From Nitrospirota bacterium (GTDB lineage: Bacteria > Nitrospirota > Nitrospiria > SBBL01 > JAADHI01), in NCBI GenBank assembly GCA_029261165.1, contig JAJDBV010000061.1, positions 1,731 to 65,730 of the forward strand: a DNA stretch of 64,000 nt, written 5' to 3'. How positions within the stretch are numbered: position 1 is the stretch's first letter; every line of letters starts with the position of its first letter. Of this stretch, positions 45,437 through 54,932 are shown piece by piece. The notes under the pieces are model-generated. The model worked only from the letters and a program-made list of their open reading frames with translations, did no database searches and had not been told where the DNA came from. Made by a program: the position numbers and the translations under genes.

Positions 45437-45510
45437 GACGACATCGCGCAATAGACACTCAAACCCGAAGAACTTCGCGATAACCTTGATTATTGTTGAG
45501 ATATGAATTG

Positions 45511-45738
45511 ATGGAAGACCAATATAAATGGTTCACCGAGATTTCAAAGGAAGCACAAAAAAAAGTAAAACAAAAAATAACAGAATACGTTCAATCTGGA
45601 ATGGGCCGATGCAAGTGCGGCCCCTTAATCATTAATATCGCCACGGACCCCCTCGACTCTTTTTTTAAAGCCCGGATTCGATGCCAATGCGGACTGACGG
45701 ACGAATGGGGCATCATCGAAGGGGGGCTAACATCATAG
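45511..45738 (+). CDS. Small protein with two RCxCG knuckles (paralog 2)
   Basis: ATG 45511 (MEDQYKWF) aligns with MEDDYRWF of paralog 1. Confidence 0.75.
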   Translation: MEDQYKWFTEISKEAQKKVKQKITEYVQSGMGRCKCGPLIINIATDPLDSFFKARIRCQCGLTDEWGIIEGGLTS

Positions 45739-45819
45739 GGTTTATGTTTTTTGTATGAACGGGATAATTCGTCTACCTTTATGAGCCTGCCTCCCTAATA
45801 AAATCTGTCACCATACCTC

Positions 45820-46956
45820 TCAAACATGCACGGTGAAACCAATTCCGTAGATAAGGAAATTTCTCTCATTTCGGAACTGTCCATGTGGATTTACGCCGTG
45901 ATAAAGTCGAAGATGAAAATCAGTCCGCCCAAAGATATTAGCGGGTTCATATATTTTATCTGTAATTCCAATAATCAGATTAAAGGTTTTCCAGTCCATT
46001 TTTTCTCGCGCTGACCGGTCGCTTTTCTGATAATTGTAGACGATGCGAGGTCCATAGTGGAAAGAAATAAAAGGGAAAACCGGCCATCCAAACAGGGGGT
46101 CGTCTTCCCGCCATTCCATTCCGATATGCGGTTCGAAATGTCTTTTTGATCCAACGACCTCCCGCCCGTTGGTTTCGGAAAGGTCAAAGCTGTAAAATCC
46201 CTTTTCATTTGGATGAAAAAGTCCGGACAAACCGAGCCTTACCTTCGAAACCTCCCCTCCTAGAAATCCTTCCGCCTCCCAGGATAATACGAGTTCCCAG
46301 AACTCGTAACTGACATTAATTCTCTCAAATGGAGGCTCTGGACCACCAACGGGAAATTTCCCGTTGGCAAAAAGTGAAAGTTCATCTCCAAGGTGTGAAC
46401 TTTCATGACCCAGTGTGAGACGGAGACCCATGCGCTGGTTCCGTGGAAGACCCTTCACAACCTTGAGCATGACACCAAATCGATAGTCCGTATTGATGAT
46501 CGGAAATGACGATGCACCAAGGTCCCAGAGCATGTGAAAACTGATCGGCACCCATATGCCGAAGCCATAATCAGCATCTACGATAGAACTTTCACATGAG
46601 GCCCTGTCCTCATATCCGAAAACAGGGATCTCTTTTCCGACGGACATATCAATACCGATCCTCGGGTCCTGCCCGAGCCACTCCGCCCTATCGGCAAAGT
46701 TATACCTTGATATTCCTCCCAAATTGACCTTTACCTCGGCTGCCCGAAGACCTGAAACCAGAGGAAGAAACCATCCACGGTTTTCAAACTGCCACCAGTT
46801 TTTACTGCAATCATTCCGATCATGATGCTTGTCAAGTGCCCATACATCAGGAGTTTGAAAAACCAATAACAATAAAATTTCAAATAAAATAGTCAGGACC
46901 CTATTTGAAATTCTCAACCCTGCTCCTTTTATCTGACAAGAAAAATTTTCCGACAT
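45820..46956 (-). CDS. Outer-membrane beta-barrel protein, DUF1207-like
   Basis: Signal peptide, IN.DY.FG, HESSHLGDE, R.N.SYE, Y.G..P.GQF and a terminal beta-signal. Confidence 0.72.
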   Translation of the reverse strand: MSENFSCQIKGAGLRISNRVLTILFEILLLLVFQTPDVWALDKHHDRNDCSKNWWQFENRGWFLPLVSGLRAAEVKVNLGGISRYNFADRAEWLGQDPRIGIDMSVGKEIPVFGYEDRASCESSIVDADYGFGIWVPISFHMLWDLGASSFPIINTDYRFGVMLKVVKGLPRNQRMGLRLTLGHESSHLGDELSLFANGKFPVGGPEPPFERINVSYEFWELVLSWEAEGFLGGEVSKVRLGLSGLFHPNEKGFYSFDLSETNGREVVGSKRHFEPHIGMEWREDDPLFGWPVFPFISFHYGPRIVYNYQKSDRSAREKMDWKTFNLIIGITDKIYEPANIFGRTDFHLRLYHGVNPHGQFRNERNFLIYGIGFTVHV

Positions 46957-47219
46957 GTAAATCCCCCAGAAAATGGAAATATCGAGTGGGAATGCAAATA
47001 AAATAATGTCAAAAGGTATATTCCATTTAAGAGTAGAAAGTCAATACCCAGAACTTCTGAAAAAGATCACAAAAATACATTCGACCTATTCGAGATCTGC
47101 CTTAGGATCATATTTTTTGTATTTCATTCTATGGAGCGCTGCACTATAATAGCGCGAGTCATCACTCGAAGTGTCCATGAGGAAGGGAGGATGCCTGACA
47201 TCAGCGCATATAGGAAAAA

Positions 47220-47822
47220 ATGAAGAAACCTGCACTCATGCTATTGTTGTCCATATTGATCGCTTGCACTCCGGTTCCGTGGCACATCAAGGAAAACGAG
47301 TCTTCTCTTCACAATGCAGCAGAGATCTCTGTAGGTCCAGTATGGACTTATAGCCCTACGGTTAGTTTGAGCCTCTACAGGCGAACCGATATGCCCAAAG
47401 GAAAGATTATCCTTGTCGCCCATGTGCCCGGTGTCCGCTTATTCGCAGAAGAACCAAGCCTCATGTTCCAAATAGACGGGAAGGTCGTCACATTTTCATC
47501 GTCGGATAAACAAATACATCTTGAGACTGACCCGGGACCGGTAAATGAAACATTCTTTGGTTCATCAACCTCTTCTTCCTCAAAACGTTATGAGATTGAT
47601 GATTTATTCCTAAGACGTCTCATCGAGGCAGAAAAAGTGATCGTACGTATCAAACTAAAGGACTCTTTTGCAGAAGGGATATTTTCGGATGATCGCGCCG
47701 CAGCCTATCAGGCCTTCTCCACTTTCTACGAGAGAATCACAGGACAGTCATTTTCGCTTCGCCGAAATATACAAAAGGGGAATCCCAGGCGCAGAGCAAG
47801 TGACCGTATTGTGATACCTTGA
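47220..47822 (+). CDS. Hypothetical lipoprotein
   Basis: Lipobox LIAC after a hydrophobic N-terminus. Confidence 0.7.
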   Translation: MKKPALMLLLSILIACTPVPWHIKENESSLHNAAEISVGPVWTYSPTVSLSLYRRTDMPKGKIILVAHVPGVRLFAEEPSLMFQIDGKVVTFSSSDKQIHLETDPGPVNETFFGSSTSSSSKRYEIDDLFLRRLIEAEKVIVRIKLKDSFAEGIFSDDRAAAYQAFSTFYERITGQSFSLRRNIQKGNPRRRASDRIVIP

Positions 47823-47875
47823 GCATGCAAAGCAAAAACAGGCCCCCAATAAACGGATCAATATAAAAGATATCT

Positions 47876-48613
47876 GTGAGTGATATGAATAAATATTTCC
47901 TCTCATTGATTTTCCTACTTTTCCTTTTCGTGAATCATGCCTCAGCAGGTTTGGACATCACAACCCGAGGGAAGGGTTTGAGTTTAGGAGATATTCGATC
48001 AGACGGCAGGACGATAGACGGGATAAGCCTTCATATCGGAACCCCATTTCGCCCCGATTTCGACCCACCGATTGATGAAATCAACGGGCTGACCATTGCG
48101 CTTTCACCGGCATCTCGGCAGATAAATGGCGTTTTAATCAGCCCGCTGTTTGCGGAAAATAGAGATGGGACCAGGGGTATTGCCCTCGGCCTGCTTAGGA
48201 CAGGTGGGAAAAAGATGGAGGGTCTCTTCATCAGTGGATTCGCAGCACTTGGGAATGAACTGACGGGTCTCGCGGTCAGCAGCGTCATCTCATTCAAGAA
48301 TCAAATAGATGGAATTGCAATCGGGGCAATTGGGAGTTTTTCCGAAAAAGCGAGAGGGCTCTTAATCGGAGGGCTTTATGCCGTTCCGACTGAAATGCGC
48401 GGCATTACGATTGGCGGTATATTGAGCGGCGCCGATCAAACAATGTACGGGTTATCCATCGGGCTCGTCAACGGAGCAGAGGTTCTCTATGGGGTCCAGG
48501 TCGGTGCATACAATGTTGCAAAAGAGCTTCATGGAATACAGATCGGAATTTTTAATATTGCCGGGAATAACGCCTTTCTTCCTTGGCTTCCGATCATCAA
48601 TGCACATTTTTGA
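47876..48613 (+). CDS. Exported Gly-rich repeat protein (LA_2272-like surface repeats)
   Basis: Signal peptide, ~15-aa G.xIG..N repeats and a C-terminal LPIINAHF. Confidence 0.75.
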   Translation: MSDMNKYFLSLIFLLFLFVNHASAGLDITTRGKGLSLGDIRSDGRTIDGISLHIGTPFRPDFDPPIDEINGLTIALSPASRQINGVLISPLFAENRDGTRGIALGLLRTGGKKMEGLFISGFAALGNELTGLAVSSVISFKNQIDGIAIGAIGSFSEKARGLLIGGLYAVPTEMRGITIGGILSGADQTMYGLSIGLVNGAEVLYGVQVGAYNVAKELHGIQIGIFNIAGNNAFLPWLPIINAHF

Positions 48614-48624
48614 TCGAAGGACTC

Positions 48625-48915
48625 ATGATGAAGAAGATGGTCTTAATCCTTATGGCTTTTGTCGTGATCTCCGGCATCACCGCCGTGAGTTATCCAGAGG
48701 AAAAGAAAACCACCTCCAATAAAATGACCGGAAAAGTCCTAAAGACCGAAGGGGCATTTTTGCTCGTCGTGGACAAAGAAGGGAGGACACACAAGTTTCA
48801 CCTGGATGAAACAACACTTTTGAACGGGAAAATCACGGCAGGAGGGTCCGTTGTTGTCGCGTCAAGCGATAACGGACATGCCATTTCAATCTCGGCCAAT
48901 CATCCGAAAAGATAA
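48625..48915 (+). CDS. Small exported OB-fold-like protein
   Basis: Signal peptide and a G.VLK.EG...VVDKEG.....D.TT...G..V pattern. Confidence 0.65.
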   Translation: MMKKMVLILMAFVVISGITAVSYPEEKKTTSNKMTGKVLKTEGAFLLVVDKEGRTHKFHLDETTLLNGKITAGGSVVVASSDNGHAISISANHPKR

Positions 48916-48942
48916 TCGCGTATTTCGACAGGACGACCTTCT

Positions 48943-49659
48943 TCAGATGTATCTAAAAATACCCCTCAGATTGGAGATCCGATCAATATCCTCTCTCACC
49001 CTGTGCTTGTCGGTTCGATCGACCAACAGCGGCTTCATTCCAATAGAGAGCGCGCCCTTAATGTCATGATCGATGCTGTCCCCGACATAAATCGACTCGG
49101 AGGGAGAGATCTTGGCCTGTTTCAGGGCATCCTTAAAAATCTCCGGAGACGGCTTGGCCGCGCCATGTCGACTTGAGAAGGTTATCCCGCTGAAGTAGCG
49201 AGAAATACACAGCGAGTGACAAATTGATTCAAGGCGAGAGTCAAAGTTAGATATCATCCCGATATAGTATGACATGGAATGAAGATCTTCCAACACACCT
49301 ACGGTTTCTGGAAAAAGAACCCACCCATCCGAGCTTGAAAAAAAACGATATACATCATCAAAAAACATTTCAAAGGCCGGGAATTGAATCCCTTCAAAAA
49401 CCTCACGGACAAGACAGTGCCACCAACTCCGCTCCAATCCATTCTGCTCATGCTGGACCGTTCCCGGAAAGGCCAGAGGTGGCGTAAGGACAAAAAGCTT
49501 TTTAAATCGGTCATTCAGAAAAACCGGATCAACCTGGACACCGTATTTTTTTGCGATGCGACTATATTGAATGCCCACACCATCTTTCACATCAAATAAG
49601 GTCCCTCCAGCATCAAAAAAGACTCCTTTAATCGCTGGACCTTTAACCCCTCTTTCCAT
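48943..49659 (-). CDS. HAD-superfamily hydrolase (IA, REG-2-like)
   Basis: FDAGGTL, SNFD.RL, KP.PEIF and VGDS...D. Confidence 0.9.
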   Translation of the reverse strand: MERGVKGPAIKGVFFDAGGTLFDVKDGVGIQYSRIAKKYGVQVDPVFLNDRFKKLFVLTPPLAFPGTVQHEQNGLERSWWHCLVREVFEGIQFPAFEMFFDDVYRFFSSSDGWVLFPETVGVLEDLHSMSYYIGMISNFDSRLESICHSLCISRYFSGITFSSRHGAAKPSPEIFKDALKQAKISPSESIYVGDSIDHDIKGALSIGMKPLLVDRTDKHRVREDIDRISNLRGIFRYI

Positions 49660-49672
49660 CGACGGTCCCGGA

Positions 49673-50659
49673 TTAACGTTCTGATATATCTTGTGTTTTG
49701 TCCGAAGAACTAAATGACCGCTTCACGAACAATCCCTTCACCAGAGCATACAGCATCTGATGCGTCGGGGTCGGGACATTTACCCTTTTCCCCCGGAGAA
49801 TGATATCACCGTTCAGGTCATCAATTTCGCTTCGCTTTCCTCTTTTATAATCTTCATACATCGAAGTATGATACGCTCTAAACTGGTTCGATGCTGAAAT
49901 CGTTTCACTGATGGTGTTTGGATTCAGATGAACCCCTTCCGCTGCAGCCACAGCCATTACCTCGGCAATCCCGCTCCGAACAACTTCTAATAACGGTGGT
50001 GAATCTAAAATCAGAGAAAGGGGATAATCAAGAATAACCGATAAGGGGTTGAAGGTTGCATTCCAGCACAATTTCTCCCATTTTGCTTTTAGAATATTTT
50101 TCCTTAAACGGCAGGAGATCCCTGATTCAGAAAAAATATCATAAATTTGAGTCGCTCGCGCACTGTTTTCTCCAGATAACTCTCCCAGAGAAATCATCCC
50201 TCTTCGGTAATGTTCTATCACTCCGGGAGAGCTCAGTCTGGCCGTGATATATGCCAAGCCCGCGACCACACAATCGCGTTTATAATACGACAAGATCTGT
50301 TCTTCAGTACTTACCCCGTTTTGGAGCGTTAAAATCACAGCGCCTTTTTCGACAAGCGGCGCAATCTCCTTCAGCACAGGAAGCAAGTCATAACACTTGA
50401 CTGCTAAAACAATGAGATCTACTGAGGGTATCTCCGAAACGCTCTGAACCAGGAAGGGATGGACCCAAAAATCTCCATGGGCACTCTTTATCGACAGTCC
50501 ATTTTCAGAAATGTGACCATAGGATCCCGGGCGAACCAAAAAAGTGACATCCGCACCTGCCTTGCAAAGTGATCCACCAAAATAACCGCCAACGGCCCCT
50601 GCCCCAACGAAAAGGATCTTTCTAATATGTCTAGACGGAATCTGACCTGGATCAACCAT
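49673..50659 (-). CDS. panE: 2-dehydropantoate 2-reductase
   Basis: GAGAVGG, VK.YD, LQNG, WEKL.WN, TSM..D and EID.LNG. Confidence 0.92.
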   Translation of the reverse strand: MVDPGQIPSRHIRKILFVGAGAVGGYFGGSLCKAGADVTFLVRPGSYGHISENGLSIKSAHGDFWVHPFLVQSVSEIPSVDLIVLAVKCYDLLPVLKEIAPLVEKGAVILTLQNGVSTEEQILSYYKRDCVVAGLAYITARLSSPGVIEHYRRGMISLGELSGENSARATQIYDIFSESGISCRLRKNILKAKWEKLCWNATFNPLSVILDYPLSLILDSPPLLEVVRSGIAEVMAVAAAEGVHLNPNTISETISASNQFRAYHTSMYEDYKRGKRSEIDDLNGDIILRGKRVNVPTPTHQMLYALVKGLFVKRSFSSSDKTQDISER

Positions 50660-50848
50660 TTACTTAACTACCATGGGGGAATGAATTGTGTCAAGGTAAG
50701 GCCACATTGCAAGATTTACAATATGATCAGTGTGTACGAAGGTCTGCAAAACCATCGCAATATCATGAGCACGGCAAGCATGGTTACGGTAAGTTTAGGT
50801 AAATTTACCATGAGGTGATTGAAATCGTTACATCGAATTGCAATCTAA

Positions 50849-50877
50849 TTGCACCTCCTTATTTTTTGTGCTAGGAT
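50849..50877 (+). promoter_or_regulatory. Sigma70-type promoter for the histone gene
   Basis: TTGCAC-17 nt-TAGGAT with an extended -10 TG, about 100 nt upstream of the ATG. Confidence 0.5.
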
Positions 50878-50978
50878 TCTCATCACTTTCAGAAACCTTA
50901 CCCAGTAGGACACAAAGCCCACCTGCTGGACGTGTTCGTCAGAAAGAGAACGCTTACACCGTTTAAAGGAGGAAATAC

Positions 50979-51161
50979 ATGTCTGACATGTTAGTCGTAA
51001 GTTCAAAAATAAAGCGATTTGTTCAGGAAAAGGCCCAATTTAATACATCGAGTGAGTTTTTGTCAGAACTAAGCCGTCAAGTTGAGAACATTTGCCTTGA
51101 AGCGATCGAGAAAACACGGGACAGCAAACGTAAAACCCTGAAAGCACGCGACCTTTCTTAA
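50979..51161 (+). CDS. Bacterial histone-fold protein (Bd0055/HBb-like)
   Basis: Strong SD AAGGAGG. Pattern LVV.SK.K...EK...NTS.E....LS..VE..C..A......RKTL.ARD matches the histone fold, including the L2 RKT..ARD clamp. Confidence 0.88.
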   Translation: MSDMLVVSSKIKRFVQEKAQFNTSSEFLSELSRQVENICLEAIEKTRDSKRKTLKARDLS

Positions 51162-51295
51162 GAAACGCCTTCTTAGGTCCCACACGATTCCCCTGAAACC
51201 AGGCACGGAAGAAGAGTTTTTTTACACTTGTTTTCCAGCTTATGTAATTCGTCTCTTGTAATCTGTCGCGACACCCCTCAGAGTGGAAATATCCT

Positions 51296-52417
51296 TCATT
51301 TGGGTTCAGCAAGAAAAACGCAGCCCTTTCCATTTAACTTCGCGCGATACATTGCTTCATCCGCTTGTCTGATCAGAAGATGACGAATATTGTCATTCGA
51401 TGACCGCATGTCAATATGATCCCTGATAGAAGACAGTCCAATACTGCATGTCAACCTTCCCTCTATCATAACAACCTGCGCTTTGGGATGAATCGGCACG
51501 GATGTAAAAGTAAATTTTCGAATCGCGTTGCAAATGGATTCTGCAACATCTACCACTTGATTCAGGCTCGCCCGGGAGAAGATAATGACAAATTCATCAC
51601 CCCCATATCGGGCAATCGTCACTCCCTTATGTGAAACCACTTCCCTAAGAATATTGGCGACATCCTGAAGGACATGGCTTCCGGTCAAATGTCCGAACTC
51701 ATCATTGATCTCCTTAAAATGATCCATATCCATGAAGAGTAAGACGAGGTCGTCCTTACGCCGTTTTGCCAAGCGTACCTCTTCGTCCAGTTTCAGATGA
51801 AAATACCGATCATTGTAGAGACCTGTAAGGCCGTCTCGTTTTGACATTTCGCTATGTTTTCGAGCGTAGAGCACATTCTCGATTAAAGTCGATGTATATC
51901 CCGCAAAGATCTCCAAAAGTTTTAATTCTTTTTTGGAGTAATACCCTTTATCTTTTCTATTAATTAACTCAATGACACCGCAAACCGACTGTTCAACAAT
52001 AATCGGCGCACATATAATCGATCGTGTTCGAAACCGACTTAACTGATCAATCTTGGGGGAAAGATAAGTCTCCCTTTTAGAAGTTTTGCTCAGGAAGGGC
52101 TTTCCATACAAGTAGCTCGCGCCGACAATTCCGGCATTGACCGGAAGTTGAATCCCAACCAGTTTAGAGGAACCTGCACCGAAACAAGCAACAAAAACAA
52201 GTTCGTGGCATTCTGAAGAAAGACTTCTCTTTACTGAATCCTCCAAAAGAATCGATCCCGCTTCCGACGGAACAAATTGATTTGCCTTTGTAAGGATCTC
52301 CTTCAACATCAGATCCAGGCCGGGACCGCCTTGGTCCAATTCGCTCCCCTGGCGATCATAGCTCAGCAATAGATTAAGATGCCGGTTATCAAGAAGATGT
52401 AGCCTCATAATGAACAA
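51296..52417 (-). CDS. GAF-GGDEF dinucleotide cyclase with the Hypr (cGAMP synthase) signature
   Basis: GAF (T.SIICAPI..GVIELIN), DMDHFKEINDEFGHLTGS and an intact RYGGDEF. Confidence 0.88.
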   Translation of the reverse strand: MFIMRLHLLDNRHLNLLLSYDRQGSELDQGGPGLDLMLKEILTKANQFVPSEAGSILLEDSVKRSLSSECHELVFVACFGAGSSKLVGIQLPVNAGIVGASYLYGKPFLSKTSKRETYLSPKIDQLSRFRTRSIICAPIIVEQSVCGVIELINRKDKGYYSKKELKLLEIFAGYTSTLIENVLYARKHSEMSKRDGLTGLYNDRYFHLKLDEEVRLAKRRKDDLVLLFMDMDHFKEINDEFGHLTGSHVLQDVANILREVVSHKGVTIARYGGDEFVIIFSRASLNQVVDVAESICNAIRKFTFTSVPIHPKAQVVMIEGRLTCSIGLSSIRDHIDMRSSNDNIRHLLIRQADEAMYRAKLNGKGCVFLAEPK

Positions 52418-52537
52418 CGTACCTTTTTCACAAGAATCTTGTCAAATTCCACCAACAATTACTGGCGTTACCTTAATACGCTTTAAAGTTCTTGACACTA
52501 CAGTAAAAAAAAGATAGCCTTCGAATTGAGATTCGGT

Positions 52538-52807
52538 ATGGCTAATTTAAATAAAACAGCGTGGACTTTAATTTTTTTTATACGCGTCGGGGGTCTTTGA
52601 GGGGGGGTCATGGGAGAGGTTTTGCTCCTTTTCTCCCCATCCGGGCTCTTGCAGGATATCTTCCTGAAGGGATATCACCTCGGGATAAATCCTCCGGTCG
52701 TTCTTGACCTCCGCTTATTCACCTTTACGCTTGGATTTACTTTTCAGATCAACCTTCTCAGCCTGTTGGGAATCATTCTCGCCCTATATACCTACAAGCA
52801 GGCGTGA
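52538..52807 (+). pseudogene. DUF4321-like small membrane protein interrupted by an in-frame TGA at 52598-52600, or a shorter ORF from ATG 52610
   Basis: C-terminus LDL..FTFTLG....INLLSLLG fits DUF4321. Upstream in-frame ATG 52538 encodes a TM-like segment broken by TGA. Confidence 0.55.
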
Positions 52808-52842
52808 AAAGAAGATCATTGGATCAAAGCATCCTCCTTACA

Positions 52843-54840
52843 TTAAATTCCCTCGATAATTTCCGTCTCTTTTAATACCTTAATCCGGTCACGAATTTCA
52901 GCGGCCCGTTCGAACTCTAATTGCTTTGCCGCTTCTTTCATGTCGTATTCCAATGTCTTAATAAGACTGGCCCGTTCTTCTTTCGTAACATAAGCCCCCC
53001 CTTCTTCCGCAACAAGCGAGGCGTCAGGAACATCAGACGCGAACTCCTTCCGAAGCGTTTCTGGAATCCCTTTTCGGATTGTTTCCGGTGTGATGCAATG
53101 CTTTCTATTGTGATCCTCTTGAATATGACGGCGTCGGTTTGTTTCATCAATGGTCATCCGCATTGACTTTGTCATTCTTTCAGCATAGAGAATGACCTTT
53201 CCGGAAACATTTCTGGCCGCTCTTCCTGCTGTTTGTATTAAGGAGCGATGTGAACGGAGAAAGCCTTCCTTGTCCGCATCGAGAATTGCAACAAGAGATA
53301 CCTCAGGAAGATCAAGCCCCTCACGCAACAAATTTATTCCGACAAGGACATCGAATTCACCACGCCGCAGGTCGCGAATCACTTCCATCCGTTCAATCGT
53401 CTCAATATCCGAATGAAGATACCGGACTTTTAAACCGATTTCCTGGTAATATTCACACAGGTCCTCCGCCATCCTTTTTGTTAAGGTTGTCACAAGAACC
53501 CGCTCAGACCGGGCCACCCTTTCTCGGATCTCTCCAATCAGATCGTCTACCTGTCCTTTCGCAGGACGGACAGAAATCTCTGGATCCATCAATCCTGTCG
53601 GCCTAATGACCTGTTCAACCACCTGCCCGATCGATTTCTTCAGCTCGTAAGGTCCGGGTGTCGCCGATACATAAATCACTTGCCGCATAAACCCTTCAAA
53701 CTCCGCAAAAGTCAAAGGGCGATTATCGAACGCTGATGGAAGACGAAAGCCATACTCGATCAGATTCTTTTTTCGGGCACGATCTCCTTCGTACATCCCT
53801 CCAATTTGTGGAACAGTTGCATGACTTTCATCAATAATCAAAAGTGTATTTTTTGGAAAATAATCGAGCAATGTCGGCGGCGGTTTACCCGGCATACGCC
53901 CGGAAAGATAACGCGAGTAATTCTCTATTCCCTGGCAATACCCAATTTCCCGTATCATCTCCAAGTCAAATCCAGTCCTTTGCTCGATGCGTTGTGCCTC
54001 TACCAGCATCTGGCTGTCATGAAATATTTTAATCCGATCCTGAAGTTCAAGTTCAATCCCGGTTAAGGCCGTCTCAATGCGTTCCGGGGGAATCACATAG
54101 TGACTCCCCGGGTATATTGCCACTTTATGAAGCCGCCGTATGACTGAACCTCGAAGCGGATCAACTTCATGGATGGCCTCTACAATATCTCCAAAGAACG
54201 AAACGCGAATACAGTACTTATCGGACGAGGTCGGGAAAACTTCAACAACATCACCACGAACCCGGAAAGTTCCCCGATAAAAATCAATATCGTTTCTTTC
54301 ATATTGGATCTCGACCAACTTTTTGAGAATAGCATCGCGGTTACTCTCCCGTCCTTCTTCAAGATAGACAAGCATTCCGTGGTAGGCCTCGGGCGACCCC
54401 AGGCCATAAATACAGGAGACCGAAGCAACAATAATAATATCATTCCGCTCAAATAATGACCGTGTCGCCCCATGACGCATTCGATCAATGGCATCATTGA
54501 TTGAAGCATCTTTCTCAATAAATGTATCCGTATGAGGAAGATAGGCCTCCGGCTGGTAGTAATCGTAGTAGCTGACAAAATACTCTACGGCGTTCTCCGG
54601 AAAAAATCCTTTGAATTCACGGTAGAGTTGTGCCGCCAAGGTCTTGTTGTGGGCGATCACCAGGGTCGGCTTTTGGACCGATTGAATCACGTTTGCCAGG
54701 GTGAAGGTCTTCCCTGAGCCGGTCACGCCCAATAGAACCTGATGCCGCTTCTCCTGAGAAATCCCCTTCGTAAGCGCCTCAATCGCAGATGGCTGGTCCC
54801 CTTTTGGATCAAAATCAGAATAAAGTTTAAACGCCGGCAT
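52843..54840 (-). CDS. uvrB: Excinuclease ABC subunit B
   Basis: [36 protein letters not shown] and a C-terminal UVR domain. Confidence 0.98.
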   Translation of the reverse strand: MPAFKLYSDFDPKGDQPSAIEALTKGISQEKRHQVLLGVTGSGKTFTLANVIQSVQKPTLVIAHNKTLAAQLYREFKGFFPENAVEYFVSYYDYYQPEAYLPHTDTFIEKDASINDAIDRMRHGATRSLFERNDIIIVASVSCIYGLGSPEAYHGMLVYLEEGRESNRDAILKKLVEIQYERNDIDFYRGTFRVRGDVVEVFPTSSDKYCIRVSFFGDIVEAIHEVDPLRGSVIRRLHKVAIYPGSHYVIPPERIETALTGIELELQDRIKIFHDSQMLVEAQRIEQRTGFDLEMIREIGYCQGIENYSRYLSGRMPGKPPPTLLDYFPKNTLLIIDESHATVPQIGGMYEGDRARKKNLIEYGFRLPSAFDNRPLTFAEFEGFMRQVIYVSATPGPYELKKSIGQVVEQVIRPTGLMDPEISVRPAKGQVDDLIGEIRERVARSERVLVTTLTKRMAEDLCEYYQEIGLKVRYLHSDIETIERMEVIRDLRRGEFDVLVGINLLREGLDLPEVSLVAILDADKEGFLRSHRSLIQTAGRAARNVSGKVILYAERMTKSMRMTIDETNRRRHIQEDHNRKHCITPETIRKGIPETLRKEFASDVPDASLVAEEGGAYVTKEERASLIKTLEYDMKEAAKQLEFERAAEIRDRIKVLKETEIIEGI

Positions 54841-54932
54841 GTCGAAACCCTTGTGAGACCTGAAGAGGTTTTCTTCTCCGTTCAGTCAGAAGAGAATCAG
54901 GCGGCACGTGAGGAGAAAAAGGAAGGTTCATC

